Below are positions 12,036 to 24,439 of a stretch of 39,588 bases of DNA, in pieces. Source of the stretch: Nemertoderma westbladi (taxonomy: Eukaryota; Animalia; Xenacoelomorpha); NCBI GenBank assembly GCA_032718475.1, contig JAUCBJ010003445.1, forward strand, positions 1 to 39,588, read 5' to 3'. The notes beneath the pieces were generated by a model that ran no database searches, was not told the DNA's origin, and worked only from the letters and a program-made list of their open reading frames with translations. The translations under genes and the position numbers were made by a program. Each line of letters begins with the position of its first letter. The first letter of the stretch is position 1.

Positions 12036-12433
12036 ACCTCACCCTCTATAAGAAACTCACCCCAAATTCAATCGAATCATAACTTAATACGAGTTTCTCC
12101 AATTACTCCGTATAAAACAGGCCGAGGCAATGTGCGTTGTTACGATACTGTATTTTATTTACAGCGATCCGTTTTATTTGAAACTTATTAGTTGTATTAT
12201 TTTTCTTAGAAACTTAACATACTGGTTTACATATATAATTCTACCGGCCGATTGTTGGTTATTGACGGCCCGTTATTTTGATAAAGTGGCGTTCATTAAA
12301 ATTGCAATGTTTTTGTTAATTATTAACTTTAATTTACTTGCGCTGGCCTAGAGCGACTGAGCTATGCTGGGGATGAGTGGGATAGTTAGGGATTTTTCAC
12401 CCTTGGGAGTTAACGTGACACCTTCCCTTACTA

Positions 12434-15400
12434 CACTGCCGTTGTTTGGCAATACACCCTATCCTAAAAAAAACAACAAATTTTGAGATATTAACCTAAA
12501 CGCGTTTCCCCTAATTCAACATTGAAGACATTGTGAGAAATTGCTGATAATGGGTCCTAAGGGAACTTAACAGGCTAACTTAGATTTTTTAATAGAATAG
12601 ATGGTGAGAGATGACGAAAAAGGGGTTAAAGTGATGAAATAAAATTATAGGGTGTTTTGCCATTCAATGTAAGCTGATTTGTTGGAGATAGGGTGTTTAA
12701 CCAATGGTTCTGGTTTCATAGAAACTAGTATAAAACAGTGCTTTTTTGTTCTGCCAGCATGTTTTGTAGAGCATTTTGTATCACGTGTTATTAGTTTAGA
12801 GCTTGCTGGAGTTGGGGTGTATTGCCATGTCAACAAGAAATCAAATGATGAGGTGACTAAAATTAATTCCTTCCCAAATAAATACAAAAAGTAAAGGTAT
12901 TTATTTAACCACCATTCCCAGTTCCAGCAACCGTTCCACCTTCCCCAGTTCCAGCAACCGTTCCACCTTCCCCAGTTCCAACAACAATTCCACCTCCCCC
13001 CAGTTCAAACCACATCTTCACCTTCCCTAGTTCCAACCACATATCCACCTTCCCCAGTTCCAACAACCACTCCACCTTCCCCCGTTCCAACCACATCTCC
13101 TCCTTCCCCAGTTCCATCAACCATTCCACCTTCCCCAGTTCCAACAACCACTCCACCTTCCCCAGTTCCAACAACCACTCCACCTTCTCCGGTTCCAACA
13201 ACAATTCCACCTCCCCCAGTTCCAACCATATCTCCACCTTCCCCAGTTCCAACAACCACTCCACCTTCCCCAGTTCCAACAACCATTCCACCTTCCCCAG
13301 TTCCAACAACAATTCCACCTCCCCCAGTTCCAACCACATCTTCACCTTACCCAGTTCCAACCACATCTCCACCTTCCCCAGTTCCAACAACCACTCCACC
13401 TTCCCCCGTTCCAACCACATCTCCTTCCCCAGTTCCATCAACCACTCCACCTTCCCCAGTTCCAACAACCACTCCACCTTCCCCAGTTCCAACAACCACT
13501 CCACCTTCCACAGTTCCAGCAACCATTCCACCTTCCCCAGTTCCAACAACCACTCCACCTTCCCCAGTTCCAACAACCACTCCACCTTCCCCAGTTCCAA
13601 CAACCATTCCACCTTCCCCAGTTCCAACAACAATTCCACCTTCCACAGTTCCAACAACAATTTCACCTTCCCCAGTTCCAACAACCATTCCACCTTCCCC
13701 AGTTCCAACAACCACTCCACTTTCCCCAGTTCCAACAACCATTTCACCTTCCCCAGTTCCAGCAACCATTCCACCATCCCCAGTTCCAACAACCATTCCA
13801 CCTTCCCCAGTTCCAACAACCTTTCCACTTTCCCCAGTTCCAGCAACCATTCCACCATCCCCAGTTCCAACAACCATTCCACCTTCCCCAGTTCCAACAA
13901 CCATTCCACCTTCCCCAGTTCCAGCATACCATTCTACCTTCCCCAGTTCCAACAACCATTCCACCTTCCCCAGTTCCAACAACCATTCCACTTTCCCCAG
14001 TTCCAACAACCATTCCACCTTCCCCAGTTCCAACAACCATTCCACCTTCCCCAGTTACAGCAACCATTCCACCTTCCCAGTTCCAACAACCACTCCACCT
14101 TCCCCAGTTCCAACAACCACTCCACCTTCTCCGGTTCCAACAACAATTCCACCTCCCCCAGTTCCAACCATATCTCCACCTTCCCCAGTTCCAACAACCA
14201 CTCCACCTTCCCCAGTTCCAACAACCATTCCACCTTCCCCAGTTCCAACAACAATTCCACCTCCCCCAGTTCCAACCACATCTTCACCTTACCCAGTTCC
14301 AACCACATCTCCACCTTCCCCAGTTCCAACAACCACTCCACCTTCCCCCGTTCCAACCACATCTCCTTCCCCAGTTCCATCAACCACTCCACCTTCCCCA
14401 GTTCCAACAACCACTCCACCTTCCCCAGTTCCAACAACCACTCCACCTTCTCCGGTTCCAACAACAATTCCACCTCCCCCCAGTTCCAACCATATCTCCA
14501 CCTTCCCCAGTTCCAACAACCACTCCACCTTCCCCAGTTCCAACAACCATTCCACCTTCCCCAGTTCCAACAACCATTCCACCTTCCCCAGTTCCAACAA
14601 CCATTCCACCTTCCCCAGTTCCAACAACCATTCCACCTTCCCCAGTTCCAACAACCATTCCACTTTCCCCAGTTCCAACAACCATTCCACTTTCCCCAGT
14701 TCCAACAACCATTCCACCTTCCCCAGTTCTAACAACCATTCCACTTTCCCCAGTTCCAACAACCATTCCACCTTCCCCAGTTCCAACAACCATTCCACCT
14801 TCCCCAGTTCCAGCAACCATTCCACCTTCCCCAGTTCCAGCAACCATTCCACCATCCCCAGTTCCAACAACCATTCCACTTTCCCCAGTTCCAACAACCA
14901 TTCCACCTTCCCCAGTTCCAACAACCATTCCACCTTCCCCAGTTCCAACAACCATTCCACCATCCCCAGTTCCAACAACCATTCCACCTTCCCCAGTTCC
15001 AACAACCATTCCACTTTCCCCAGTTCCAGCAACCATTCCACCTTCCCCAGTTCCAACAACCATTCCACCTTCCCCAGTTCCAACCACATCTCCACCTTCC
15101 CCAGTTCCAGCAACCATTCCACCTTCCCCAGTTCCAACAACCATTCCACTTTCCCCAGTTCCAGCAACCATTCCACCTTCCCCAGTTCCAACAACCATTC
15201 CACCTTCCCCAGTTCCAACCACATCTCCACCTTCCCCAGTTCCAGCAACCATTCCACCTTCCCCAGTTCCAGCAACCATTCCACCATCCCCAGTTCCAAC
15301 AACCATTCCACCTTCCCCAGTTCCAACAACCATTCCACCTTCCCCAGTTCCACCTTCCGCTTCCCCAGTACCTAACACTACATCACCCATCCCAGGCCCG

Positions 15401-16039
15401 GCGTCCAACTACTCCATCTGTCCCAGCTCCTATTTCTCCTTCTGATGTAATAACAAATCTAAAAAACGTATCCAGATTCTCTTCCTCGTCATTATTGTCA
15501 AACTCCATTTCCCCTTAAAAACTTACAAGACTGTTAGTACATTGTTGGTTGTAATAAAGAGTAAATTCCTAACAAAAATCAATATAACTAGATAGGGTAA
15601 ATTAATTAGCGCCAGGTCAAATTAAAATAACTAAAATTAATTTCCCGCCAGACAGAGTTACCTCTTTAAGTAGTGTAAATAAATATTATTTAATGACAAA
15701 GGATATTACTTCTGATTGGTCAATTCCTTAAATAATTGATTGGCTTAAAAGTAAAGCGCAAGGCAAAAAACCCTAACTCAAGGATAGGGTTATTTGGTCG
15801 ACAGAGTTAACAAGGCAAACCCTATAAGGCGAATTTAGTTATGGGGTGTTTTGCCTCGCAGCTGTTGATTTAAGATGCTGCCATGGAGTGTTTTAAGATT
15901 GAAAAAGTCCGTTTTCGTGAAAGGAACACCCCACTTTTCTTAGTTTCATTGAAAAGAGCGTGTCAAGTTACCCCAATTGGTCAAATAAATTTTTTTTTGA
16001 AAATGTTGAGATAGGGTGTATTTCCAAACAACGGCAGTA
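12434..16039. mobile_element. 3.6-kb non-autonomous TIR element (CACTG-like end; CMC/EnSpm-like by inference) carrying a minisatellite
   Basis: Left cactgccgttgtttggcaatacaccctatc versus reverse complement of right end tactgccgttgtttggaaatacaccctatc (28/30). Repeated subterminal caccctat/atagggt motifs near both ends. TSD not resolved. Confidence 0.8.
12912..15370. repeat. 24-bp minisatellite (ccttccccagttccaacaaccattcca-type), about 100 units, with 21-bp variants and higher-order structure
   Basis: Directly visible; it accounts for all the LELGKVEW / GTGEGGMVV / WNWGRWNGC ORFs. Confidence 0.97.
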
Positions 16040-17127
16040 CAGGTAACAACCAAGAGATAGTAACCTTCTGATCGCCTCCGTTGTTTCGTGCTTAATTTAT
16101 ACCGATAACTTTATAAAGAAGCTCTTGGCTTCTTTCCTGTCTAAATTTTTCCGCAGATTCTTGGACAACATGGTGATGGGAAGAAAAAAAAGTGTTCTGG
16201 AATTTAGCTCCCTGATTGGCTGTAGCTACAGTAACATAGGCCTACTATACTACAATAATATAATACTATTAGTTGGCACAATGGGAAGAGCTATTCAGCT
16301 GGCGGGATAATACATTTCAAACTATCATTTGATGTTTGATTACTGTCTGGGATAGAGTGAGAGAGTAGAGTAATAAATTTGGCAAGTAAACACTTCTCTG
16401 CAGTTTGGGCCTATCCATTCAATAAATAGTAGTTGCTTACTAGGCCCACATGAGTACCAGCAGCTGGTGTTTCTATCATTGAGTCTATGGCAATTTTCGT
16501 GTTATGGGGCTATTTTTCGAAATAAAAAAAAGACACTTTAATAATTTTTTTCGAAACTTTTTTCCACATCCTGGGGTTGAGCTGCGTCGATTGATATAAC
16601 TTTCATTGACGGACGAGCTATAGCTTCGGAGGAGTTCACCCGACATACATACATAGATAGTGAATACTTTTACAGTAAGAAGTCCTAACGACGAACTTCT
16701 AATAATATAGTAAACTTATTGAAAGGTCAATAATTATGTGCCGCCTTCTGTTCATTAACTCATAGAGAATATAATAAAGGTCATTTATGTGATAAACATT
16801 GTTGATGTATATACATTATTTTGAGTGTAATTTGAACGAAGACGCGGACAATTGAACAGTCGTCTGAAGCTAAGAGGTTCTTTCGCGGTGCGCTAGCACC
16901 GCCATCTAGCTTTGCTGAATATACATTGTGAAGGTCAGAGTGTTTTAGCGGACGTATCTTGGAATATCAATTTCTAACCTCTCTATTTGGCCAGCTGGCT
17001 TACACATAATACAATTTAGTTTTGTTCATATGCTCATTTTAATGGTATATCGATTTCAATGCATTTTTCAACCGAATTGGAGACCTACAATTAAAAAAAA
17101 AACCTTAAGGGGGTACCCACACCCCTC

Positions 17128-17363
17128 CCCTCTCCATGGGAAACTCGACGCAAATAACAGATGATTATACTCTCAAAAATAAAACTGTAACCTGTTCTAT
17201 TGTGTTTAGTTTATTGTTTTGGTTAAAATAACGTGCCACTGTAACCTGCTCCTTTCCCTAAATTGGGAATTTAACATTGAGGCGGGATATTAATTCGCCG
17301 AGATGGGATTTACGTCCAGTCCCCCCCCCCCCCCCCCCCCCCCTCCTGTCTCCGCCGCTTATG
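17128..17363. mobile_element. Dispersed repeat copy A (truncated MITE with poly-C near its end)
   Basis: About 200 bp highly similar to 23410-23643; a third fragment lies at ~8438-8492. Confidence 0.8.
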
Positions 17364-17892
17364 ACATCCACAATTTGTATGTAGGCCTACATACTCTCGC
17401 GCTCTCGTCACCGCGGTAATCATAATTGATACAGTTCGGGTAGGGTAGGTTGACCTCAGGTGACTAGTGAAATGAATAACAACAGTAACTGTATTACAAG
17501 CTTTCTCCCAACAGGGCTTCTTCTGGTAATTATGGAATTATTATGTATGAACAGAGAAACTGCACTAAAACTACAGTAAGACAGGACTATGTAAGGTCTA
17601 CTAACTCAGTACCTGTACAGCTGTACCGGTACGGAGCTGGACTAACTACATTCTGACTGCTAATCTACTGTATTACTGAGCTAATAAGAGCATTCATTAC
17701 ACAGAGATTTAATTGTTAAGGCGTGTAGTTTAAAATTGCGTAAATACATTGGTTAGCAATAGTACACTAAAAATATAGTACACCCAAAAAAGAAAATATA
17801 CGGAAGATGACAAGTGGAATAAGTGCACCAAAATAAATTTCAGACGGGAAAGCAACTTAGGGACCCCCCCCCCCCCCCCCCCCCCCGCCCCC

Positions 17893-20356
17893 CAGGGGCG
17901 GATCCAGGAATTTAATTTCTATGGTGCGCACAATTTGTGAAGTTTATCTTTTGGTATGAGGGCGCTGCCCAGCGGTGTCCGAGGGGCATAGCCCCTGTTT
18001 CCCAGATGGTGGGGGTAAAGGTGACGGATTCCCACCCCGGATTTCTATTTTGATTTTAATATAAAAATTTTCAAAAATAATAAAATGTTTCACTCGATTA
18101 TTTTACATTTTCAATTGATTTTTTATGATTTTCAATATTTTTTAAAAATTTTAAAATATTTATTTTAGTCATTGAACATTTAAAGGATTGGCAGTTATTA
18201 ATTCTAGGAGATGAAATAAGGCTACTAATTAAAGTCATAACAGAATTGATGGAAATTTCACCAAAAAAATTTTATTACACCAAATTTTAATAATGTGGCC
18301 CAAAAAAAATTATTCAGCACCAAATATAATAAAATCACCCCAGATAAAATTATTCAAACACCAAAATAAATGTTAACACCAAAAACAATTATTCACTCCA
18401 AAATAAATACAAACTTTCCCAAAGTAAATACATTTTCCCCCAAAATAAATACATATTCCCCCAAAATAAATAGAAATTTTCCCAAAATAAATACATATTC
18501 CCCAAAATAATCAAATATTCTACCAAAATAAACAAACTCTTATAGTTACAGACTATTGATTGGTACGGAGGATCGTCGGGTGAGTATAAAACAAAGACAA
18601 AGAACTTTCTTCCTTGTATGGTCGTAAATTGGAACCAAGGCATCTTGGGAAACATAGTGGAAGGGTTTACTGTGGAAGATCACCCATGGTGGTGAACAGG
18701 CATTCCTTTAGGAAACAGAGTGGAAGGGTTTACTGTGGAAGATTACCCATGGTGGTGAACAGGCATTCCTTTAGGAAACAGATTGGAAGGGTTTACTGTG
18801 GAAGATCACCCATGGTGGTGAACAGGCATTCCTTTAGGAAACAGAGTGGAAGGGTTTACTGTGGAAGATTACCCATGGTGGTGAACAGGCATTCCTTTAG
18901 GAAACAGATTGGAAGGGTTTACTGTGGAAGATCACCCATGGTGGTGAACAGGCATTCCTTTAGGAAACAGAGTGGGATGGTTTACTGTGGAAGATCACCC
19001 GTGGTGGTGAACAGGCATTCCTTTAGGAAACAGAGTGGGATGGTTTACTGTGGAAGATCACCCGTGGTGGTGAACAGGCATTCCTTTAGGAAACAGAGTG
19101 GAAGGGTTTACTGTTGAAGATCACCCATGGTGGACAGGCATTTCTTTGGGAAACAGAGTGGATGGTTTACTGTGGAAGATCATCCATGGTGGTGAACAGG
19201 CATTCCCTTTAGGGAACGGACTGGACGAGTTTACTGTGGAAGATCAATCACCCTTTCATCTCCGAGACTTATTAATAATTGCCTATTTGTGATAAAAACA
19301 ACCGTAAATTAACCTAGTCTAATTAAAAGGATTGGGCTTGGGCGCGCTTCAGTTTTATAAGAATAGAAAAATTAAAGTCATAAGCTTTAAATGTTAGAAT
19401 ACAAAATTTGAATTAGGGCGGTCTCTATCGATTTACGTTTTAAACTGTAGCTGTGTGTTAAACTTTTAATTGTGTTGTGTTTAGGTTAGAAGGCAAAGGT
19501 CTTTTCTTCTTTTCAATTAATGTGGTTCTTAGCTTGGCTGGCTGCTACACATAAGTGTATGAATGCCAATGTGCTTGCTACCAATGTAGCGCCTTGGATA
19601 AGATATATGACCAGACATTGAGCCAATCTCTGGAGGGTTTGCTTTGCAGCCCTAGCCTCCTTCGCTCGTGGCTGTATTATTGAGGTTTGGGCATTGAAGA
19701 AGACTACTACTACTACTAGGATCGGCATGCTGCATTGCAGCTGCATTTTTAAGAATGCTGTGCCGGCTTGTCAACAAAATTGCACCGCCAGAACTCCCTT
19801 GAAGAAGACGATTGACGGTTGACTTCAAAGTATTCCCTCCCAGTCGTACATAGCTTAAGTTGTTCACAAAGATAATTGGTTTGGCTTGCATAGACCCGAC
19901 CCACCTAATATAACAGCAATAAACTTTACAAATAGCCCCATGCTTTACATTACATAGGTTGCTCGTGGTCTTTTAGTTCAGGTAAAGCAAGGCCATGCAT
20001 ACTGTTCCTACAATGTATAGCCCATAACTCCATACTGCTGATCTACAGTATTACGCCAAGGTGATACCCCCCCTCCCGCCTACATGGAGCGCCGCGCCCT
20101 TGGGAAGGTTTACAGCGATTTGATATTGTGGATGATGGTATGGAGATGGAAGTTGTGAATGTGGATTCCGCTTGGGGTTATCGAGTGATGGCGGCCCTTG
20201 TGCTTGTACTCTATGTTTTATCGTAACTATCAATTAATAGTAAATCTAAAAAAATGTATTTTATAAAGTTTTTTTATAAATTTACTCTTTTTATTTTCTT
20301 TCTCAAGAAATCTATGGTGCGCGGCGCCACGCGCCCCTATTGTGGATCCGCGCCTG
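17893..20356. mobile_element. ~2.46-kb TIR element (hAT-like non-autonomous) inserted in a poly-C tract
   Basis: caggggcggatccag / reverse complement caggcgcggatccac (13/15). Shared subterminal tctatggtgcgc at both ends. Flanks ccgccccc / cccccccc. Confidence 0.65.
18648..19250. repeat. 63-bp tandem repeat, about 9.5 copies
   Basis: Unit gagtggaagggtttactgtggaagatcacccatggtggtgaacaggcattcctttaggaaaca; 21-aa periodicity in ORF 18614-19117. Confidence 0.95.
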
Positions 20357-20865
20357 CCCCCCCCCCCCCCCCCCCAAGGGATGGGGACGTGTAATATGTA
20401 TTTTGACAAGTTTCCCTCTCAGCCTCTAGCGGGAGACTATAAGAGAGAGATGATGGTGTCTCAAAAATCTCAACATTTGGTTTACAAATTTATAAATATA
20501 TTATATATATTTATACAAATTTTCAACTTGACAGCTCAGTCAAGGTTATTAACATGCCAACGACAACAGCAACAACAAAGAACTACTGTATTTGCAAATT
20601 GACCCACACCCAAAAACTGTGTCAGTTCGCTAAGGTGCATCCAACATCGTGGCTTGGCTCGGGCTCGCACCACAAATTTCATAATCCACAACGTAAATTC
20701 GTTCTACTGTGTATTTTAAAGCTTTTTCTATGGCATATTCCTAGTGTTTCTTTGCGTATTGCGTGGCTTCCACTGTGTTCTGTATAATTCTATTAATTCT
20801 GATGTCATGTTATTCTATTGGATCGTAACAAACTTATCTGAATAAAACTTTCCCATTGGTCAATT

Positions 20866-21325
20866 ACAATATGGCCAGTGAACAACTGTACCAGGGTACA
20901 GTACAAGCATGGTGTAGTGGTACTGGTAGCCTGCTGCAGTACTGCCTACTGGTCAGTTATTAGGCATTCTAATACTGACTGCAGTCTGCAGTACAGCGTA
21001 GTCCTACTGCCCCGGTGCGGTACACAGGTACAACTATAAAACCGGCGCAGGATTTTCTGCACTTTGCGACTTCTGGTCTTGGCGCCGCGTTCAATACGAC
21101 AATATGGCCAGTGAACAACTGTACCAGGGTACAGTACAAGCATGGTGTAGTGGTACTGGTAGCCTGCTGCAGTACTGCCTACTGGTCAGTTATTAGGCAT
21201 TCTAATACTGACTGCAGTCTGCAGTACAGCGTAGTCCTACTGCCCCGGTGCGGTACACAGGTACAACTATAAAACCGGCGCAGGATTTTCTGCACTTTGC
21301 GACTTCTGGTCTTGGCGCCGCGTTC
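20866..21325. repeat. Tandem duplication, 2 x 227 bp (period 233)
   Basis: 20866-21092 and 21099-21325 appear identical, separated by aatacg. Confidence 0.92.
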
Positions 21326-21358
21326 GGAGCAGAAAATAAAACTTTTCAATACACAATA

Positions 21359-21780
21359 CAGTTAGGAACACTGGTCACTTTCTGGCTGAAGCTCAGCCAA
21401 AAATTGTCCACATATTTACAGCCAGAAAGTGTCCGTGCAGCCACTAGTTGTCCTTCACAGGCTGCGATTATATTTCCGGACATATTTTGGCTGTAACTCC
21501 AATAGTACTCAAAGCAGAAGCTGGGCACATTTTTATTTTTAATATTACTGTATTATGATAGTTATCCCAACGATGAGATTCTAATTCTCAAATTAATTTA
21601 TACAGAATTTTATGACGATTCTAATGGCATAATTTTTAGAATGCCAATGTTAAAATTTCACTGCCGGTTTTCAAATGAAATTTAGCATTGTTTTCTATGG
21701 AGCAATTTCACTCTGAGAGCGTTTTCCGCGGACACATTCTGGCTGTAAATTGGACATATTGTGACCAGTGTTCCTGACTG
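21359..21780. mobile_element. 422-bp MITE upstream of Hsp110
   Basis: TIR cagttaggaacactggtcac / reverse complement cagtcaggaacactggtcac (19/20). Inner inverted tttacagccagaa.gtgtccg. Flanked by direct repeat caata (21354-21358; 21781-21785). Confidence 0.85.
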
Positions 21781-22203
21781 CAATAGGGTTCCTGGGATTT
21801 GGGTGTTTTTATACCAGTATACGGACCCTATAATTTTGAATTTACTGGCTGATTGTGGATTGGATTAGCCTGCTATAGGCAGATAGGCCTAGCTAGGCTG
21901 ATAGGCATAGCACATAGCTGCATAGTGCAGTAGTCTGGTAGTGTGATAGATAATCAATAGTGTTACCGGTACCGCGGTACCTGTCACCTGTGTTCTGTGT
22001 ACCGTCAACCGTACCGGTCTGCCGGTAGGCCTATACAGCTATAGGCCGACGGTTTTAATACAGTAATATGTTAGGCCTACAGTGATAGGTGATAGCCTAG
22101 TCAGATAGTGATATAACAGTATAAAGGCATATACATACACAGACAGATACATATTATTAATTAGGCCTATCAAATCTAATTAAAGAACAACACACCATTC
22201 AAT

Positions 22204-22863
22204 ATGTCTGTCGTTGGTTTCGATTTGGGCAACCAGTCCTGCTTCGTAGCGGTGGCACGTCAAGGCGGCATCGAGACAATAGACAACGAGTACAGCGACC
22301 GCAACACGCCGGCCTGCATGGCCTTCAATGACAAAGAACGTCTCGCCGGTATAGCCGCCAAGAATCAATCGACGACCAACGTCGCCAACACTCTGGTCGG
22401 ATTCCGTCGTCTCATCGCGGCCGAATTCGACTCCCCGTCAACTCAAACTGAACTGAAACACTCCTCCTTCAATACGGTTAGTAGCAAAGGGAAGCTCGGA
22501 ATCCAGGTCCAATACCTTGGAGAGTCTCAGATGTTCACGCCGGTTCAACTAACCGCGATGATGTTGGTTAAACTGAAGACTATAGCGGAGGCGCGTCTGT
22601 CTAACAAAGTAACCGACTGCGTTGTATCGGTGCCGCAATACTACACTGACGCAGAACGCCGTGCGTTGCTGCTCGCGACAAAGATCGCCGGAGTCAACTG
22701 CCTGCGGTTGTTCAACGATACGACGGCCACGGCGTTGGCCTACGGGATCTACAAACAGGATCTTCCGGGGCCGGAAGAAAAGTCTCGGAATGTTGTGTTT
22801 GTCGATATGGGTCAGTCGGATCTGCAGGTCGCATTCGTCGCCTTTAACAAAGCCAAACTCAAG
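22204..22863 (+). CDS. HSPA4: Hsp110/Hsp70-4 family chaperone, coding exon 1
   Basis: MSVVGFDLGNQSCFVAVARQGGIETIDNEYSDRNTP...TATALAYGIYKQDLP...RNVVFVDMG is diagnostic of HSPA4/HSPH1. 220 codons, then phase-0 donor AAG|gtaatt at 22864. Confidence 0.96.
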
Positions 22864-23372
22864 GTAATTATTAGTGTTTTTTATAATCATGTTTGTTTTC
22901 TATTATATTTTAGTTTACTAGCCTACAGTAAACATTACCGGTATTTTTTTTGATAGAATGAATGAGGATGAATGGGTAAGATTATCCACTAGGCAGCTAG
23001 GCCTTCAGCATGACTCATGAATATAGTGTCGTAATGCAGTGACAGCCCACCTCCACAAATTTTTCTACAAATCTAGTGATATTGCAAGAAATTTGAAATA
23101 GATATCGTTTCACCTCCTTCCTCCTTGCTGGGTGAGCCAGCAGAATTTTTATTACAGTATTATGTTTGTATATTGCACCAGTCATACTGCAGTTATTCTT
23201 AAACCTTATAGTTGGTAGTTCGTACTGATAGAAAGCTGGCAGGATGGCTAGCAAGGATTCCAAATTTGTACCACAATCTGAATTTCGTAGAAATATAGTT
23301 GAGAAATGCGCGTTAGAAAGTTTCTTCATTTTGCATCAACTGGAAGCCATTTATTCAATTTAATAAATCAGA

Positions 23373-23643
23373 TGGGGGGGGGGGGGGGCTGGACGCAATA
23401 AAAATTCATCCCTCTCCAGGGGAAATTCTTCGCAAATTACCAGATGATTACACTCAAAAATAAAACTGTAACCTGTTCTATTGTGTTTAGTTTATTGTTT
23501 TGGTTAAAATAACGTGCCACTGTAACCTGATCCTTTCCCTAAATTGAGAATTTAACATTGAGGCGGGATATTAATTCGCCAAGACAGGATTTGCGTCCAG
23601 TCCCCCCCACCCCCCCCATCCCCCCCCCCCCCCCCCTCCCCCC
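23373..23643. mobile_element. Dispersed repeat copy B (MITE with poly-G/poly-C arms) in the Hsp110 intron
   Basis: G-run+ctggacgcaa at left and ttgcgtccag+C-run at right form inverted ends; the body matches 17128-17343. Confidence 0.8.
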
Positions 23644-24439
23644 GTCTCTAATAAATATCTTCCTCATAAATCATTTCCTCCGAGGTTTAGATACACCGAC
23701 TTTTCATTGTGCTGACGTTGCTGATCGGAATTTTATATTTCACGGAAGAACGCAGTCAACTGTTGTGACGGGTTTTTTTTGTTTTGAAATATTTCTAAAA
23801 CTAAGAATTGAAAATAACAAATTATAAATTTTACAATACAGTCCAGAGTTTGAAATAAAATCACCTATAAATCAGAATTTAACATCAGCCATATTTAATT
23901 TTTGTTCATTCACCAAAATCGAATCCTTGAAACTCTAAATCTGATAAAAATATAATTTTATGCGCGTAAATAATGAAGGGTATGTTGTTTTGATTAAGAA
24001 ACTCGTTTATGCCTTTCGATGAGTCGGTCATTGATTAACAATTATGATAAAATAAAATTACTAATAATCTGCCTACAGAATACGTGATAACTGAAGTACA
24101 CAAATTAATTGAGCATTATTGTGATCATAAATTTGATTCAAATTTCCCTCCAGTTATTCATGTAACAAGAAAAATATAGGGCCTAATCATTTAATTAAAT
24201 TTCAACAACAAAAACAAAATCAAATTATAATCTCAAATTCATATTTTTCTTTGTTGGGCTTTTCTACTGTGACCAGACAATCACCAATGATGTTGAGCAT
24301 TCCTTCCCAATAAATAGCTCTTTAGTTTACCAAATCCAATGCTACGTCACATAATCTCATTGAAACCGAGTTTTAGACGAGCAACCGATGAACATAAATC
24401 TGAATTCACGAATGTGTTAAGAACTAATACGGTGCGTAT

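Noticed and set aside
12905-15408. Long ORFs LELGKVEW / GTGEGGMVV / WNWGRWNGC
   Set aside because: Stop-free frames of the 24-bp minisatellite with several internal frameshifts; not called as genes.
18648-19250. CRISPR-like appearance of the regular arrays (also 12.9-15.4 kb and 33.3-36.1 kb)
   Set aside because: Units are contiguous with no unique spacers, there are no cas genes, and the context is eukaryotic.
22864-22953. ORF-track extension of Hsp110 exon 1 (and API5 11152-11169)
   Set aside because: Read-through into the intron; homology ends at the GT donors.
23015-23329. 104-aa minus-strand ORF in the Hsp110 intron
   Set aside because: No recognisable motif in any frame; cannot be supported.
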